DNA from: a virus
Lineage: Duplodnaviria > Caudoviricetes
Reading direction: 5' to 3' (one strand)
DNA: 41,652 bases
IMG/VR virus record: IMGVR_UViG_3300037991_001323
Coordinates: 1-41,652 of that record
The position numbers and the translations under genes were made by a program. Below, in pieces: positions 1 through 10,118 of the stretch (position 1 is the first letter of the stretch; the number at the start of each line of letters is the position of its first letter). The notes under the pieces were generated by a model that searched no databases, was not told the DNA's origin, and saw nothing but the letters and a program-made list of their open reading frames with translations.

Positions 1-764
1 TAAGGAGACTTACTGCCTCGTACTCTGGGCCTGCTATTACTGTTAGATCAGCTGGAGGAGGAGATCCTGTAAATATAGGATTTGATGCTAATGGAGATCT
101 AGACATTGCCGCAATACAATCACATTGCGGAAGCAATGACGGATTTGTAACAGATTGGTACGATCAAAGCGGTAATAACAGAAGATTTAGTCAGGGTAGT
201 GCTTCTAAGCAACCTCAAATATATATTGGTAGCTCCACCTCTGTAATTACAGCAGGTGCTCAAGGAAAGCCTGCTCTTCGTTTTGTAAAATCAGAAACCA
301 ATGAAATGGATTTTGGCACTACTATAACAGGTGTAGATGATTGGTACTTTGTTTCTGCTATTGAGTCAAATCAAGGTACTAGCAGTAGCACTGGTGTTTT
401 AATCAACAGTAATTCAAATGAAAATGATAGGATAAGAATTACATCAGGAGGTGATACTCAAGTTAGAATTTTTGGAGGTGCATCATTTACAGCATCTAGC
501 GCTCTTACTAATGGAACAGGAGCTATATATGCTGTTCAAAGAGATGGAAGCGATAATATTAGTCAATTTATTAATGCTGGAAGTGCTGTAGGTACAGGCA
601 CTAAATCAGATGATTGGCCTGCCTTTAGATTATTAGGTAGGAATCAAGCAGGAGGCAATGCATTGTTTCTTAACTCAGATGTTCAAGAGTTGATATTTTA
701 TAACTCTATTCAATCCTCTAGGGTAGCCATAGAAACAGATTTAAAAAATTATTACGTAGGATAG
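1..764 (+). CDS. Tail fibre/receptor-binding protein C-terminus with ConA/LamG-like (arabinofuranosidase-B-like) domain; 5'-truncated by the window
   Basis: Frame 3 is open from base 3 (RRLTASYSGPAITVRS...IGFDANGDLD...GFVTDWYDQSGNNR) into the listed 306-764 ORF. The WYDQSGN motif and the C-terminal ELIFYNS...IETDLKNYY are typical of this domain in phage fibres. Confidence 0.7.
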   Translation, partial: RRLTASYSGPAITVRSAGGGDPVNIGFDANGDLDIAAIQSHCGSNDGFVTDWYDQSGNNRRFSQGSASKQPQIYIGSSTSVITAGAQGKPALRFVKSETNEMDFGTTITGVDDWYFVSAIESNQGTSSSTGVLINSNSNENDRIRITSGGDTQVRIFGGASFTASSALTNGTGAIYAVQRDGSDNISQFINAGSAVGTGTKSDDWPAFRLLGRNQAGGNALFLNSDVQELIFYNSIQSSRVAIETDLKNYYVG

Positions 765-767
765 ATT

Positions 768-980
768 ATGTACTACAAAGGAACTAAAAAGCAGTGTGAA
801 GAATATAACACTATCGTTACTGAAGGAGAAGAATACGATGGGGTACATACTATAAAATGGGCTAGCGTAATAGAACATGTCAATAGAACAGATTTTGCTA
901 TAAAAGCTCATCCTAACTACGAGTCAGAAATGAGTACATTATCTGAAATTGATGAGTGGTTCCCAGAAGAAGAAGAATAA
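768..980 (+). CDS. Small acidic hypothetical protein (possible fibre accessory)
   Basis: 70-aa ORF starting 3 nt after the upstream stop and ending at a terminator. Confidence 0.7.
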   Translation: MYYKGTKKQCEEYNTIVTEGEEYDGVHTIKWASVIEHVNRTDFAIKAHPNYESEMSTLSEIDEWFPEEEE

Positions 981-1006
981 AAAAAGGGGGCATAAGCCCC
1001 CTCTTT
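979..1006. terminator. Probable bidirectional intrinsic terminator between convergent blocks
   Basis: AGGGGGC-ATAA-GCCCCCT hairpin (985-1002) with an A-run on the left (U-tract on the - strand) and CTTT on the right. Confidence 0.8.
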
Positions 1007-1008
1007 CA

Positions 1009-1701
1009 TTAAAATGGTACAGTAACACATCTATCTGACCATCTAACAGGCTTATCAATAAGCTCATTAGCTTGAGTAAAATGTTTACAAGTAAAGAAAC
1101 CAGCCTTGCCGCCAGAGTATGACTCCGCTGCAGGGTGCGCTGCTTTTAGCACATGCTGATTACCCTTGATAAACTTCTCAAAGTCTTGAGCTTTCTTGCC
1201 CCACAACATAAAGACTAGTCCGTCTTTAGATTCTGTAAGGGCAGTAATAAACCTTTCTGTAAACGGGCGCCACAGGTTCAAGTGAGATCCTGCTTTACCT
1301 TTCTCTACAGTCAGTGCCGTGTTAAGTAACAATACGCCTTGTCTAGCCCAGCTCTCTAGCGAGTGGTCAAAGTCTACTTCTAGCACATCAAAATCTGTTT
1401 CTAGTGATTTCCATATGTTTCGTAAACTAGGACTTACGTGGCCTAGAGATGAACTGTTAGCAAATGCTAGACCATTAGCCCTACCGTCGTGATAGGGATC
1501 TTGGCCTAGTATTACAATCTGCGTATCTTTGTATTGACATTCTTTAAATGCCCTAAAAGTCATCCTAGTATCAGGAAGAACTCGTACGCCGTTTGCTTTG
1601 TACGTCTTAATCTGTGTTCTAATATTATCAAAACCCTTAGACTCTAGCAACGGCTGAAGCAGGGGATACCAATCCCCTACCTGGTTTTTAATACCGCTCA
1701 T
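1009..1701 (-). CDS. ung: Uracil-DNA glycosylase, family 1
   Basis: Motifs ILGQDPYH, GLAF, PSLRNI, WARQGVLLLNTALTV, LWG..A and HPA. Confidence 0.95.
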   Translation of the reverse strand: MSGIKNQVGDWYPLLQPLLESKGFDNIRTQIKTYKANGVRVLPDTRMTFRAFKECQYKDTQIVILGQDPYHDGRANGLAFANSSSLGHVSPSLRNIWKSLETDFDVLEVDFDHSLESWARQGVLLLNTALTVEKGKAGSHLNLWRPFTERFITALTESKDGLVFMLWGKKAQDFEKFIKGNQHVLKAAHPAAESYSGGKAGFFTCKHFTQANELIDKPVRWSDRCVTVPF

Positions 1702-2438
1702 TAGATATAAATTTCTGGATTAAATACTTCCTTCTCGTCAGGTCTGCTGTACAGTTCTGCATCCTCATCAAGCTCTACATCTAGTTGCATTTCTAGCCTC
1801 TCTTTCTTCTCAGGAGATCTAAATAGAATCTGGCCAAGCTCGCCTTCAGCATCAAACCCGTGGAAGTATAGTATACTTTCTTTGTAGTCTGGACTAAATT
1901 TAGAGTACTTGCCATTCAAGAAATGCACATAGTTATCCATGTAGCGCTCAGGAATGTCGAACACAAAGGCAACAAAATACGGAGAAGGGTCAAAAGTGTC
2001 TACAAAAGTTGGAAACTTCTGAAGAGCATTCTCAAACTTAAGAAAAGTTGTATCCCCGGAGAACCTATACACCAAAACAATCTTGTTTTCGTAGTCTTTT
2101 ATACCTATAAAACAGTTAACAAAGAGACTATCAAACATAAATAGTCTCCTGTTACCTGTTAGCATAGGCATAACAAACATAGATGACTTAGTCAGATAGT
2201 CTGAAGTCAACGTGTAAACAAGTTTATTGCTAATAATGCTCCTAGTTATATGATTTACCTTGTAAGGTTTCTTATTGACAGTAACTGTACTGCCAGTAAA
2301 TATCATATGCGTCCCTAAGTCCAAAGCTATTATCTTGCCATGTAACTCTGTAGGAGTAACTCCCTCCCTGCCAGGAATTATTGTAAAACTTCTGGCATTC
2401 TTGGGAGTCATTATGTGATGTTTAGTTTTTACCTTCAT
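1701..2438 (-). CDS. Hypothetical phage protein
   Basis: 245-aa ORF coupled to both neighbours; no recognised catalytic motif. Confidence 0.75.
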   Translation of the reverse strand: MKVKTKHHIMTPKNARSFTIIPGREGVTPTELHGKIIALDLGTHMIFTGSTVTVNKKPYKVNHITRSIISNKLVYTLTSDYLTKSSMFVMPMLTGNRRLFMFDSLFVNCFIGIKDYENKIVLVYRFSGDTTFLKFENALQKFPTFVDTFDPSPYFVAFVFDIPERYMDNYVHFLNGKYSKFSPDYKESILYFHGFDAEGELGQILFRSPEKKERLEMQLDVELDEDAELYSRPDEKEVFNPEIYI

Positions 2439-3198
2439 AATCTACCGTAAAATCAAATATTACATTTAGTTTTAAATCTGGTAGTGAAGATCCTGTATAC
2501 TTTTCTACCTCTTCAGGAGTACGCAGTAAATACACAAGGTTGAATGTCTCTGTAAATCTACAAATTCCGTCCTTAAGACCAAACTTTTCGATGTACTTTT
2601 CTATAACAACCCCTTCGTAATTGTAGGTAAACTCGCTAGAAAGTGTATCAATGATCTTATCAGCAGTCTTAGGGCCTAGTCCTGGTATGCCAGGTATGCC
2701 ATCTGTAGAATCACCCATCAGGGTTTGTTTCCACAAGAATTCTGTAGCTGCTTTCTCATCAGTTTCTACCCATTCTAGTTTCTGGTAATTAAAATGTTTA
2801 CCAACAACTTGACGTAGCACATCTTTGTCAGGACTGCAGATAACAACTTTTGTATCCTTGTTTGACAATAGTTTACTGTATACAGATACACAATCGTCAG
2901 CCTCCAAACCATCTACAGAAATAAAGTGGTAAGGATTCTGCTGCAAGTAAGCTCTAAGAGCATAGAAAATTGGTGGCTTCATAGAACCACTACGATTGTA
3001 TTTGTATGCAATAGTCTCTGCTACATCATAGCGAAAGCATTTACCTAGTGTAAGAAAGCCCATGTACTCATCTGCTCCAACCTCATTCAAGATTGTAAAG
3101 ATTCTGTTATTCAGGCCTTCTATTGCTTCCTCCAAAGTATTAGCTCCCATCTCATAATACATTAAGCTATCTGCGTCTATTAGTGCAATTGTTTTCAT
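2422..3198 (-). CDS. 5'-3' exonuclease / flap endonuclease (T7 gp6 / T4 RNase H-like)
   Basis: Motifs LIDADS, YKYNR, GLEADD, SPDKD and the H3TH motif GDSTDGIPGIPGLGPKTA. Confidence 0.92.
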   Translation of the reverse strand: MKTIALIDADSLMYYEMGANTLEEAIEGLNNRIFTILNEVGADEYMGFLTLGKCFRYDVAETIAYKYNRSGSMKPPIFYALRAYLQQNPYHFISVDGLEADDCVSVYSKLLSNKDTKVVICSPDKDVLRQVVGKHFNYQKLEWVETDEKAATEFLWKQTLMGDSTDGIPGIPGLGPKTADKIIDTLSSEFTYNYEGVVIEKYIEKFGLKDGICRFTETFNLVYLLRTPEEVEKYTGSSLPDLKLNVIFDFTVDYEGKN

Positions 3199-3221
3199 AG
3201 TAATATATTTTAAGAGTTAGG

Positions 3222-3248
3222 AAAAATAGGGGGCCACAAGGACCCCCC
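3222..3248 (-). terminator. Intrinsic terminator after rIIB
   Basis: - strand reads GGGGGTCC-TTGT-GGCCCCC followed by TATTTTT. Confidence 0.65.
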
Positions 3249-3257
3249 GATAAATTA

Positions 3258-4427
3258 TTACAGAGCGTTGATCTCTGCAGTCATCTTATCGATGCTAAGC
3301 TTCTCTTCGCTAAACGCTTGGACAGCTTCTTTACGCATTTCTTCCCACTCTTCGTCAGTCTTAGCTGCATAAGTAGAACTATGGTAGATAGAACCGTTAA
3401 CACCTGCAAGAGAAGAGTGCACAAAGTATTGCAAACAACGAATTGCACCTGTCTCATCGTCAGGCACGGCACCGATATGCATAGGATCTACAAAGATGTT
3501 GTGAATCTCACCTGAGTAGAATGCAATGTATTTAAGGCCACCGAAGTGCAAGCCCTTAACACAAGACTGCATGTCGTTAGTGTTGACATAAGACCAATCT
3601 GGTAGACGGTGTGTACAACCTACCTTGATAAAGTGTCCGTTGCCAGGGAAACCGTTAGGGCCCTCACAAGAGAATGCGTCACCTTGGCTACCCATAACTG
3701 CAGGCTCAAACAAACGATGCTCTACATGTTGTGGCAGACCATCGCTCTCAATCTCACCTGTATCAGGGTTGAATGTACGCTTGTAACGAGGAACTTCCTC
3801 ACCTGTCTCTCTGTTGTACTCATGTAAAATCTCACGAGACACTTTGTAGCCATTCAAAAGACCCTCTTTAGTAATCTTCATTTGGTACATAGTAGCACGT
3901 TGCTCAGCAACCTCTTCGCTCAAGCCATGATCTTCCATAAGCTGCTCCTTGAGTTGTGGGTGCACATACTCTAGGTTAATAAAGTTGAAGAAACGCTTAG
4001 CAAATTCTTCACCTTTACCATCGTCCATCTTTTCTGACAAGATAGGGTTACGCAAGAAACGAATCCACATCTTTACCAAAGGCATAAAGTCTACACCTTT
4101 GTCTATAGACGCAAGAATACGATCTACAAGAGCCTGTGGCATAGGCACGCTAGAGACTACTCCATTGTGCTTAAGAAAGAACTCGTTAGTAAACTCGTTG
4201 ACATGAATGTAAGGACATTCTGTTTCGACAGTAGACTTGTAGTCCTGAACCGTGAGTGCAGCGAACTCTTCCATGAGCTGATTGTACTCCTCCATCGACT
4301 CAACATCATCTTGTCTGTCGTACAAAGCCATCATACTTTTGTATGTGCTTTCAGTGTAGTTGACACAAAACGGTGTGTCGCCGTAAGAACCAGAGATCTG
4401 ATCCTCAATCACATTAATTGTAATCAT
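3258..4427 (-). CDS. rIIB: rIIB-like protein
   Basis: Lies directly downstream of the rIIA-like gene. Has PLVKMWIRFLRNP, ITKEGLLNGYK and C-terminal CVKGLHFG...VDP...GAVP...RC, the rIIB pattern. Confidence 0.8.
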   Translation of the reverse strand: MITINVIEDQISGSYGDTPFCVNYTESTYKSMMALYDRQDDVESMEEYNQLMEEFAALTVQDYKSTVETECPYIHVNEFTNEFFLKHNGVVSSVPMPQALVDRILASIDKGVDFMPLVKMWIRFLRNPILSEKMDDGKGEEFAKRFFNFINLEYVHPQLKEQLMEDHGLSEEVAEQRATMYQMKITKEGLLNGYKVSREILHEYNRETGEEVPRYKRTFNPDTGEIESDGLPQHVEHRLFEPAVMGSQGDAFSCEGPNGFPGNGHFIKVGCTHRLPDWSYVNTNDMQSCVKGLHFGGLKYIAFYSGEIHNIFVDPMHIGAVPDDETGAIRCLQYFVHSSLAGVNGSIYHSSTYAAKTDEEWEEMRKEAVQAFSEEKLSIDKMTAEINAL

Positions 4428-4509
4428 AATTGGTTGATAATTAAGTGGTTAATATAAAAAATAAAAAGAACATATACAAATTGTGGGGGATAAACCCCCA
4501 CCCTTTGTC

Positions 4510-7245
4510 TTACCAATTTAGTCTATCCTTGGCTTCAAGGTAGACCATAATCTCCTTGATAAGATCCGCATCTAAGTTGCGGTTATCATCAGGAGCATAG
4601 TCAATTCCATGAATGCTATTAAGCATTACATGTATGCCTCCGCTGAACTCTTCGAGCTCGTTGAATGCATCGATCACTTCTTTGTCTTGAGCAACCGACT
4701 CCGGTATGTCAAGAACAAACAATTCTCTAGACTTTTGTTTGATAGCATCAGCATCATCTGTATTCTCTACAAACTCTTGGAACTGCATAATCTTGTCCAT
4801 AGTTCCATAGATTTCACTGTTCTGAACCCAGCTGCTAGCGCCCTGGTCTGCAGACGCAGCTTCATAAACTTTAGCATACTTATCAAACAAGTCTCTGTTG
4901 ATGTCTTTTAGACAGTATAGGTACGTCTTGTTTCTGATCGCTTTAACTTTTTGACCAGTGTACCATTTAATTGCATAGTCGTCCATAGTATATCCTCCGT
5001 TATCTGTTAGTTGTAAAAAGAATTCGCTGATGTGCTTGACATTAGGATTCATAGTAATGTGTTTAACATTAGACTGTGAAACTCTAATAAGCTGTGGCGT
5101 ATCAAAGTCAACATTGACTTCATCATCTATAGACCATGAATACCATTTGCCATTGTGGTCTCTATGACTCACAGGTGGTGTGTCAAAGAAATACACTGGA
5201 CTGTCTGCATCCTTATGCCAATAGCTTATATTAGGATAAACCTTTCTACGAGTTGGGGCATACTCATGCAAAACACCACAAGCAACTGTCAAAAGCTCTT
5301 CGTCTGCTTTCGTACCATAGTAAGTAGTACGCTCAGTCTTCATCAAGTCTTTGACCTTTGGCTCGATCTTGTCTAGAGTATAGCGCTTTCTATTGTTTGG
5401 ATCACGCCAGTAGTTAGCATTGTGTCTAAAAGTATACGCAACCATGCGCTCTTCTATCTTACGACGATCCTCTGGAGATAGATTGTCAAACTTAGCAATC
5501 TCTTCTGCAGCACTAGCATCTTGCTTGTACTCTTCTAGCCAGTCAGGATCAACAACTACATCGTCATAGCTATTAGTGTACTGAGACTCTTCCAACAACT
5601 CCCATACACGATTACGCTTAGCAATAATCTTATTGTATGCAGCAATTGCACTCTTCTTGTAGTCACCTGGTGCCATGTTACGAATCTTCTCAGGCAGCTC
5701 TGCTTTGTCTTTGCTAATAACAATGATAGGACCACCTGCAAGATGATTAAGATAGATGTCTTTCATCTTGTTAAAGTTCTCATCAGTCTTCAGGTAGATA
5801 CTAGTCTCTGAGAAACCTGCATAGCTTTTAGCATCCTCACGCTTTACCTCATCTTTGCCAGTCTTGTAGTCTCGCAGCTTAGTAATATGCATAACAGTCA
5901 TCTTCTCAAACACCTTGCTAACAGAACCATTTGTGATAGTAGGATCTGGCGCAAAAGCTGGCTTCAAAGCATCTCTGTCAATAATATTAGCAATACGACC
6001 TAGTGCACTACCGCTGTCAGCTTTGTTCAAGACCTCTTGACATGCAAGTATCCATGATACAAAATCTTCTTGCTGCAAGCTATCCTGTACCATTTCTGTA
6101 GCCTCTTCTGCAGCTGCTTTGATAACAGACAAAATGTACTCTTTGGTATGCTCATTCCATATCACCTTCTCGCGTGACGGAGTCACATCGACACCCTCTT
6201 GCAATACAATCTCGTTACCATCATCGTCAGTCATAACTTGACGGGCTGGACACTTGAATGCAATAGGGCCCCACATCTGCTCCATCTCCAACTCACGGAA
6301 ATCAATAAAGCCGTAGTTAACACCTGTGCTACCACCTTTGTCCTTTGTAAGTACAATGTGAGGTTTAGCAAACAGGTATGTGTCTGAGATGATTAGGTTG
6401 TCAGAGTTGTAAAGAATCTCTGGCTGAAAAGGCATAGTATCTTCATACCCAGACTCGTTAATACGCTTAAATCTAACGTTGTCAAAGTACATCAACTGCT
6501 CTTCTACAGCATTACGATAGTCTCTACGGTGGTGACGTTTTACACCAAACGATATAGTAGTACGGTTTCTAGTGTCAGCCTCTTCATAAAACACTTTCGT
6601 TCCATCGCTTAGTGTAATGTGAGGATTAGGCTGTCCTAATTTAGGATTAAAAGACGGTACAATAAAGTCTGTCTTGTAGTTGTAGCAGTTCATCTTAAAC
6701 CTTCTACCGTTGTGCACAGTGTCAATAGTGTAAAAGTCTACACCAGTAGACAATGCAACCTTGGCACCTAGACCGAATGCACCGAAGTTCTCTGATGTGT
6801 TACGCTTGGTAGAATAACCGAGCTCCAACACACCCTCTAGACGACGTGCACCAATACCAACACCATAGTCTGTAATACTAACAGTGTCGCAATACCCAGT
6901 ACCTTCGCCTTCTTGATACACAATGTCAATGTGCTTCAAGTGTCTAGACAAATACTCTAGGTCATAGTAACTCTCATCAAAGTTACTGTCTTCATACTGC
7001 GCACCATTGCGAGTAATGTAATAGTCTTCTGGCTTTGCTCTGCCTTCTAGTATCTCTATAGCAATCTCCTTCTCACGCTGTGAGTCACATGCATTGGTTG
7101 CAAGCTCACGGATCGTAGATGGTATCGGTGTAGAATACTGAGTCGACTGCAAAATGTCGAACACCATTCGTTCTGCGCCCTTGTTAATCTTCTTAGCAAG
7201 GCCTTCAGATCCTTTGATCTGTTTGTCAATTGTTTTGATACTCAT
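4510..7245 (-). CDS. rIIA: rIIA-like protein with N-terminal GHKL (Hsp90-like) ATPase domain
   Basis: GHKL boxes IRELATNACDS, DYGVGIG, YSTKR and GAFGLGAK, plus VTPSREKV; paired with rIIB. Confidence 0.85.
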   Translation of the reverse strand: MSIKTIDKQIKGSEGLAKKINKGAERMVFDILQSTQYSTPIPSTIRELATNACDSQREKEIAIEILEGRAKPEDYYITRNGAQYEDSNFDESYYDLEYLSRHLKHIDIVYQEGEGTGYCDTVSITDYGVGIGARRLEGVLELGYSTKRNTSENFGAFGLGAKVALSTGVDFYTIDTVHNGRRFKMNCYNYKTDFIVPSFNPKLGQPNPHITLSDGTKVFYEEADTRNRTTISFGVKRHHRRDYRNAVEEQLMYFDNVRFKRINESGYEDTMPFQPEILYNSDNLIISDTYLFAKPHIVLTKDKGGSTGVNYGFIDFRELEMEQMWGPIAFKCPARQVMTDDDGNEIVLQEGVDVTPSREKVIWNEHTKEYILSVIKAAAEEATEMVQDSLQQEDFVSWILACQEVLNKADSGSALGRIANIIDRDALKPAFAPDPTITNGSVSKVFEKMTVMHITKLRDYKTGKDEVKREDAKSYAGFSETSIYLKTDENFNKMKDIYLNHLAGGPIIVISKDKAELPEKIRNMAPGDYKKSAIAAYNKIIAKRNRVWELLEESQYTNSYDDVVVDPDWLEEYKQDASAAEEIAKFDNLSPEDRRKIEERMVAYTFRHNANYWRDPNNRKRYTLDKIEPKVKDLMKTERTTYYGTKADEELLTVACGVLHEYAPTRRKVYPNISYWHKDADSPVYFFDTPPVSHRDHNGKWYSWSIDDEVNVDFDTPQLIRVSQSNVKHITMNPNVKHISEFFLQLTDNGGYTMDDYAIKWYTGQKVKAIRNKTYLYCLKDINRDLFDKYAKVYEAASADQGASSWVQNSEIYGTMDKIMQFQEFVENTDDADAIKQKSRELFVLDIPESVAQDKEVIDAFNELEEFSGGIHVMLNSIHGIDYAPDDNRNLDADLIKEIMVYLEAKDRLNW

Positions 7246-7556
7246 TTTAATACAAGTTTTTTTAGGTTAGCTAAACATTCTAATAATTCATTTTCCATGT
7301 ATCGCTCATCTATAGGCTTTACACGATTTGCACCGTTGCTATTAACGTGGTCAATCCTCCAGATTTTACTTGAATCTTTGTAGTCCTCTGGATTAGGATG
7401 ACCCCACCAATTTACAGCGACGTAATGGAAACTGTTGTAGTGAGAACCTGTCCATCTTACAAACACACCATGTACTTCGGTATGGCTGTAAAGGACACGG
7501 ATATAATCACCTTTCTTTAGATTGTTTTGCCACTTTTGAATTTTCGACAATCTCAT
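7242..7556 (-). CDS. Hypothetical protein (SH3/KOW-like N-terminus possible)
   Basis: 104 aa, ATGA overlap with rIIA; contains LKKGDYIRV. Confidence 0.65.
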   Translation of the reverse strand: MRLSKIQKWQNNLKKGDYIRVLYSHTEVHGVFVRWTGSHYNSFHYVAVNWWGHPNPEDYKDSSKIWRIDHVNSNGANRVKPIDERYMENELLECLANLKKLVLK

Positions 7557-7824
7557 CTAAAGTGTCTTTTAAAATGTTATACTGTGTTGCACGATACTCA
7601 CGCATAAAATTATTGCGTGCGTTCTTAACTAGGATAAAGAACTCGATGCCGTATACAGGCTCGAATACTCTATCGTAGTACTCAAAATCTTCGATATAGC
7701 CAAAGGTGTCATGCTTTGTCTTATCGTAAAGCGCAGTAATCTGACGCTTTGTGTCATCGGGACTTTTAGACGTGTCAATCCCTAGCCCCTCAAGCTCTAT
7801 GAGGAGATCTTTAGAATAATCCAT
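7507..7824 (-). CDS. Hypothetical protein
   Basis: 105-aa ORF in the same operon. Confidence 0.65.
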   Translation of the reverse strand: MDYSKDLLIELEGLGIDTSKSPDDTKRQITALYDKTKHDTFGYIEDFEYYDRVFEPVYGIEFFILVKNARNNFMREYRATQYNILKDTLDEIVENSKVAKQSKER

Positions 7825-7834
7825 AAAATTTAGT

Positions 7835-8287
7835 TTAGAATTTCTCTTTAATAAGTTCTACTGTTTGTAAAACTTGCTTTTGATTCTTAGGCAGAAAAAG
7901 AACAGGAGGTTCTTCTTGCTGCATAAGATGGTTCTTAAACATCTTCCACTTCATTGGGAAGACGTCATTAGCATACCCTTTTACTTCTATAATCCATCTT
8001 CCATGAGGATCAACAAAGTCAGGTGTGTAAGTTATGTCACGAATCTTAGTTGTAGTTGTGACATAGCCGTGTGTTTTGTGAGGCTCGTACACCTCAGAAG
8101 TGTAGTAAAACCCAGACTGTAGTACATACTTATGCTTTTCGTAGTCAGACACAATGCCTGCCTCTTCTAGTTTTCTGTAAGTAAATACTTCTAATTTAGA
8201 ACGGAACTTGATCCCCTTGTAGGTCTTCGCTGTTGCGTTCTGTACTTTCTTGTTCTGTGGCTTTTTCTTTCTTCTTTTCAGTCTCAC
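7835..8287 (-). CDS. PD-(D/E)xK endonuclease (T7 endonuclease I / DUF1064-like, possible Holliday-junction resolvase)
   Basis: Motifs GIKFRSKLE, YTPDF and IEVKGY. Confidence 0.85.
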   Translation of the reverse strand: MRLKRRKKKPQNKKVQNATAKTYKGIKFRSKLEVFTYRKLEEAGIVSDYEKHKYVLQSGFYYTSEVYEPHKTHGYVTTTTKIRDITYTPDFVDPHGRWIIEVKGYANDVFPMKWKMFKNHLMQQEEPPVLFLPKNQKQVLQTVELIKEKF

Positions 8288-9281
8288 GTATCAATGTCTC
8301 TAGCACTAGAGCATTAATTACAGCAGGAGATTTGTACTTAGCAATGTAATCTGACAAGTCCTTGACACCATATTGCTCTGGCAGTACAATATTAACAAAA
8401 TTTGGGAACTCCTTAATAATTTTGTTTGCCATTGTCTGGCCAGGGTTATTTACATTGTCAAAATCGTTGTCATAAAACAGTGCAACTACGTCAAATCGCT
8501 CTTGCAGTTCGTGTACAAGGGCTTTCTCTGGCATTTGCATTTCTGACTGGAGTGCGATTGCTGGGATCCCAAGCTCGTACAGTGACATGACGTCTTTGAG
8601 ACTGGAGGTGACCACGCATATATTGTGAACACTAGGTAGTTGTAAATAGCCTTGCACATGCCGGCGAGTAGTGTTACTAATCCATTTAACATCTTCATAA
8701 GGTGAGTAGATTTTGTATTTCTTACCTATCCTGTATGCATAACTAAGATTGCAACTAAATCGCTTTTCGTTAATCCAGTAATGACTGATTGGACAGACGT
8801 CAAATTTAATCAAAGTCTTTTTACTGATAAAGAATTTAGACCAGAAGTCCGCATCTTTTTGCATCCACTTACGACGCTTCTTACGAATAATAACAACACG
8901 CTTTTGTTCTACCTTTCTATCAGTCTTAACAGCACGGGCACCCATAGAGAATCCTATAGTGTCCTTGAAAGACGATAGATTTAGACCAAAGTCATTGTCA
9001 ATTATACGTAATGCATCGTAGAAACCACAGTTGTATTTCTTCATCACATAGGAGAAACAATCAAACGTGTGCTCAGGATAACCAAAGTCTTTGTACAATA
9101 ATCTATTCTGCCATATAACAATAGAAACAGAAGGCGATCTGTCTTCACGCAACTCACTGCAAAACTTAACACCTAGCTTTCTGAAACTTGGACAATAGTA
9201 AGAAAAGATGTCTATCTCCCTAATCCTAGACAATATCATGTCCTTAGATAGGTGGTCCTCACTCTGTCTACTTTTAATCAT
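8196..9281 (-). CDS. DNA primase (TOPRIM)
   Basis: N-terminal LREDRSPS...YKDFG...DCF region and TOPRIM motifs SSLKDVMSL, YDND and KDLSDY. Start placed at ATG 9281 (MIKSRQ) because the longer 9332 start runs through a terminator and promoter. Confidence 0.85.
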   Translation of the reverse strand: MIKSRQSEDHLSKDMILSRIREIDIFSYYCPSFRKLGVKFCSELREDRSPSVSIVIWQNRLLYKDFGYPEHTFDCFSYVMKKYNCGFYDALRIIDNDFGLNLSSFKDTIGFSMGARAVKTDRKVEQKRVVIIRKKRRKWMQKDADFWSKFFISKKTLIKFDVCPISHYWINEKRFSCNLSYAYRIGKKYKIYSPYEDVKWISNTTRRHVQGYLQLPSVHNICVVTSSLKDVMSLYELGIPAIALQSEMQMPEKALVHELQERFDVVALFYDNDFDNVNNPGQTMANKIIKEFPNFVNIVLPEQYGVKDLSDYIAKYKSPAVINALVLETLIRETEKKKEKATEQESTERNSEDLQGDQVPF

Positions 9282-9288
9282 AAGCCAA

Positions 9289-9296
9289 CAAATATA
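9289..9296 (-). promoter_or_regulatory. Bacteroidota -7 promoter element for primase
   Basis: TATATTTG on the - strand matches TAnnTTTG, 7 nt before the ATG. Confidence 0.7.
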
Positions 9297-9330
9297 AACA
9301 AAGAAGGGGAACCTCTCAGCTCCCCTCTTC
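9297..9330 (-). terminator. Intrinsic terminator after SSB
   Basis: - strand reads AGGGGAGC-TGAGAG-GTTCCCCT followed by TCTTTGTT. Confidence 0.65.
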
Positions 9331-9348
9331 ATCTAGTTAAGTACATAG

Positions 9349-10098
9349 TTAAACCCAGTCGTCACTCTCTGCAGGACTGTCGTCTTCTGCGTCAGGAGTA
9401 ACAAGGGCAAGCTGAGGACTAAATGGACCCCATGCAAGAGTTGTATCAAACTCTGCGTTGAATGCACCGTAATCATCGTTTAGATTCTTAACAAATACAT
9501 CATCACGCTGTGGCTTGATGCGGCCAAACACTTTTGTGTAGACACTCTGATACTTGCCATCTTTGACACCGATCAACAAACGAACCTGGTTAGAGGCTAG
9601 CACTTTTACAAGAGCTTTGACCTCTGCTACATCACCACGTACGATCTTGTCGATAGACTCAAAGTATACATCATCACCGTTAGCAACATTAGCCCACGCT
9701 TTGACAAAGTTTACCAAAGTCTCCTCGCCTGTAAATGCATGACGAGTACCCTCTGTCTTCCACCAGTCATAGGTAGGTGCATCGTTAGACCACGTAGACT
9801 GACCAGCATTGTTTAGATACTGATGCTTGCCGCTCTGTGATACACGGGGCTTGTTGTTCATCAAGATCTCAAAGCGAGTTGTCAAGTCCTCATTCTTAAT
9901 CCAGAATGTTAGCTTGAAGTATTCTTCTCCGCTAAATTCTACATAGTAATTAGGTTCGCTTTTTAGCATGATACCTAGATCATGCAACTCATCCAATGTA
10001 GGGTTTACTGCAATTACATTGAAATTACTAAGGCCTGAGTATAGTTTTATACCACCGCCTACAACCTCATCGGTTGATTGATTACTTTTAATAGCCAT
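9349..10098 (-). CDS. Putative single-stranded DNA-binding protein
   Basis: Sits between primase and Sak4 and has an acidic aromatic-ended tail (DAEDDSPAESDDWV). Confidence 0.6.
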   Translation of the reverse strand: MAIKSNQSTDEVVGGGIKLYSGLSNFNVIAVNPTLDELHDLGIMLKSEPNYYVEFSGEEYFKLTFWIKNEDLTTRFEILMNNKPRVSQSGKHQYLNNAGQSTWSNDAPTYDWWKTEGTRHAFTGEETLVNFVKAWANVANGDDVYFESIDKIVRGDVAEVKALVKVLASNQVRLLIGVKDGKYQSVYTKVFGRIKPQRDDVFVKNLNDDYGAFNAEFDTTLAWGPFSPQLALVTPDAEDDSPAESDDWV

Positions 10099-10118
10099 AA
10101 CTATTTCTGTTTTTAAAA

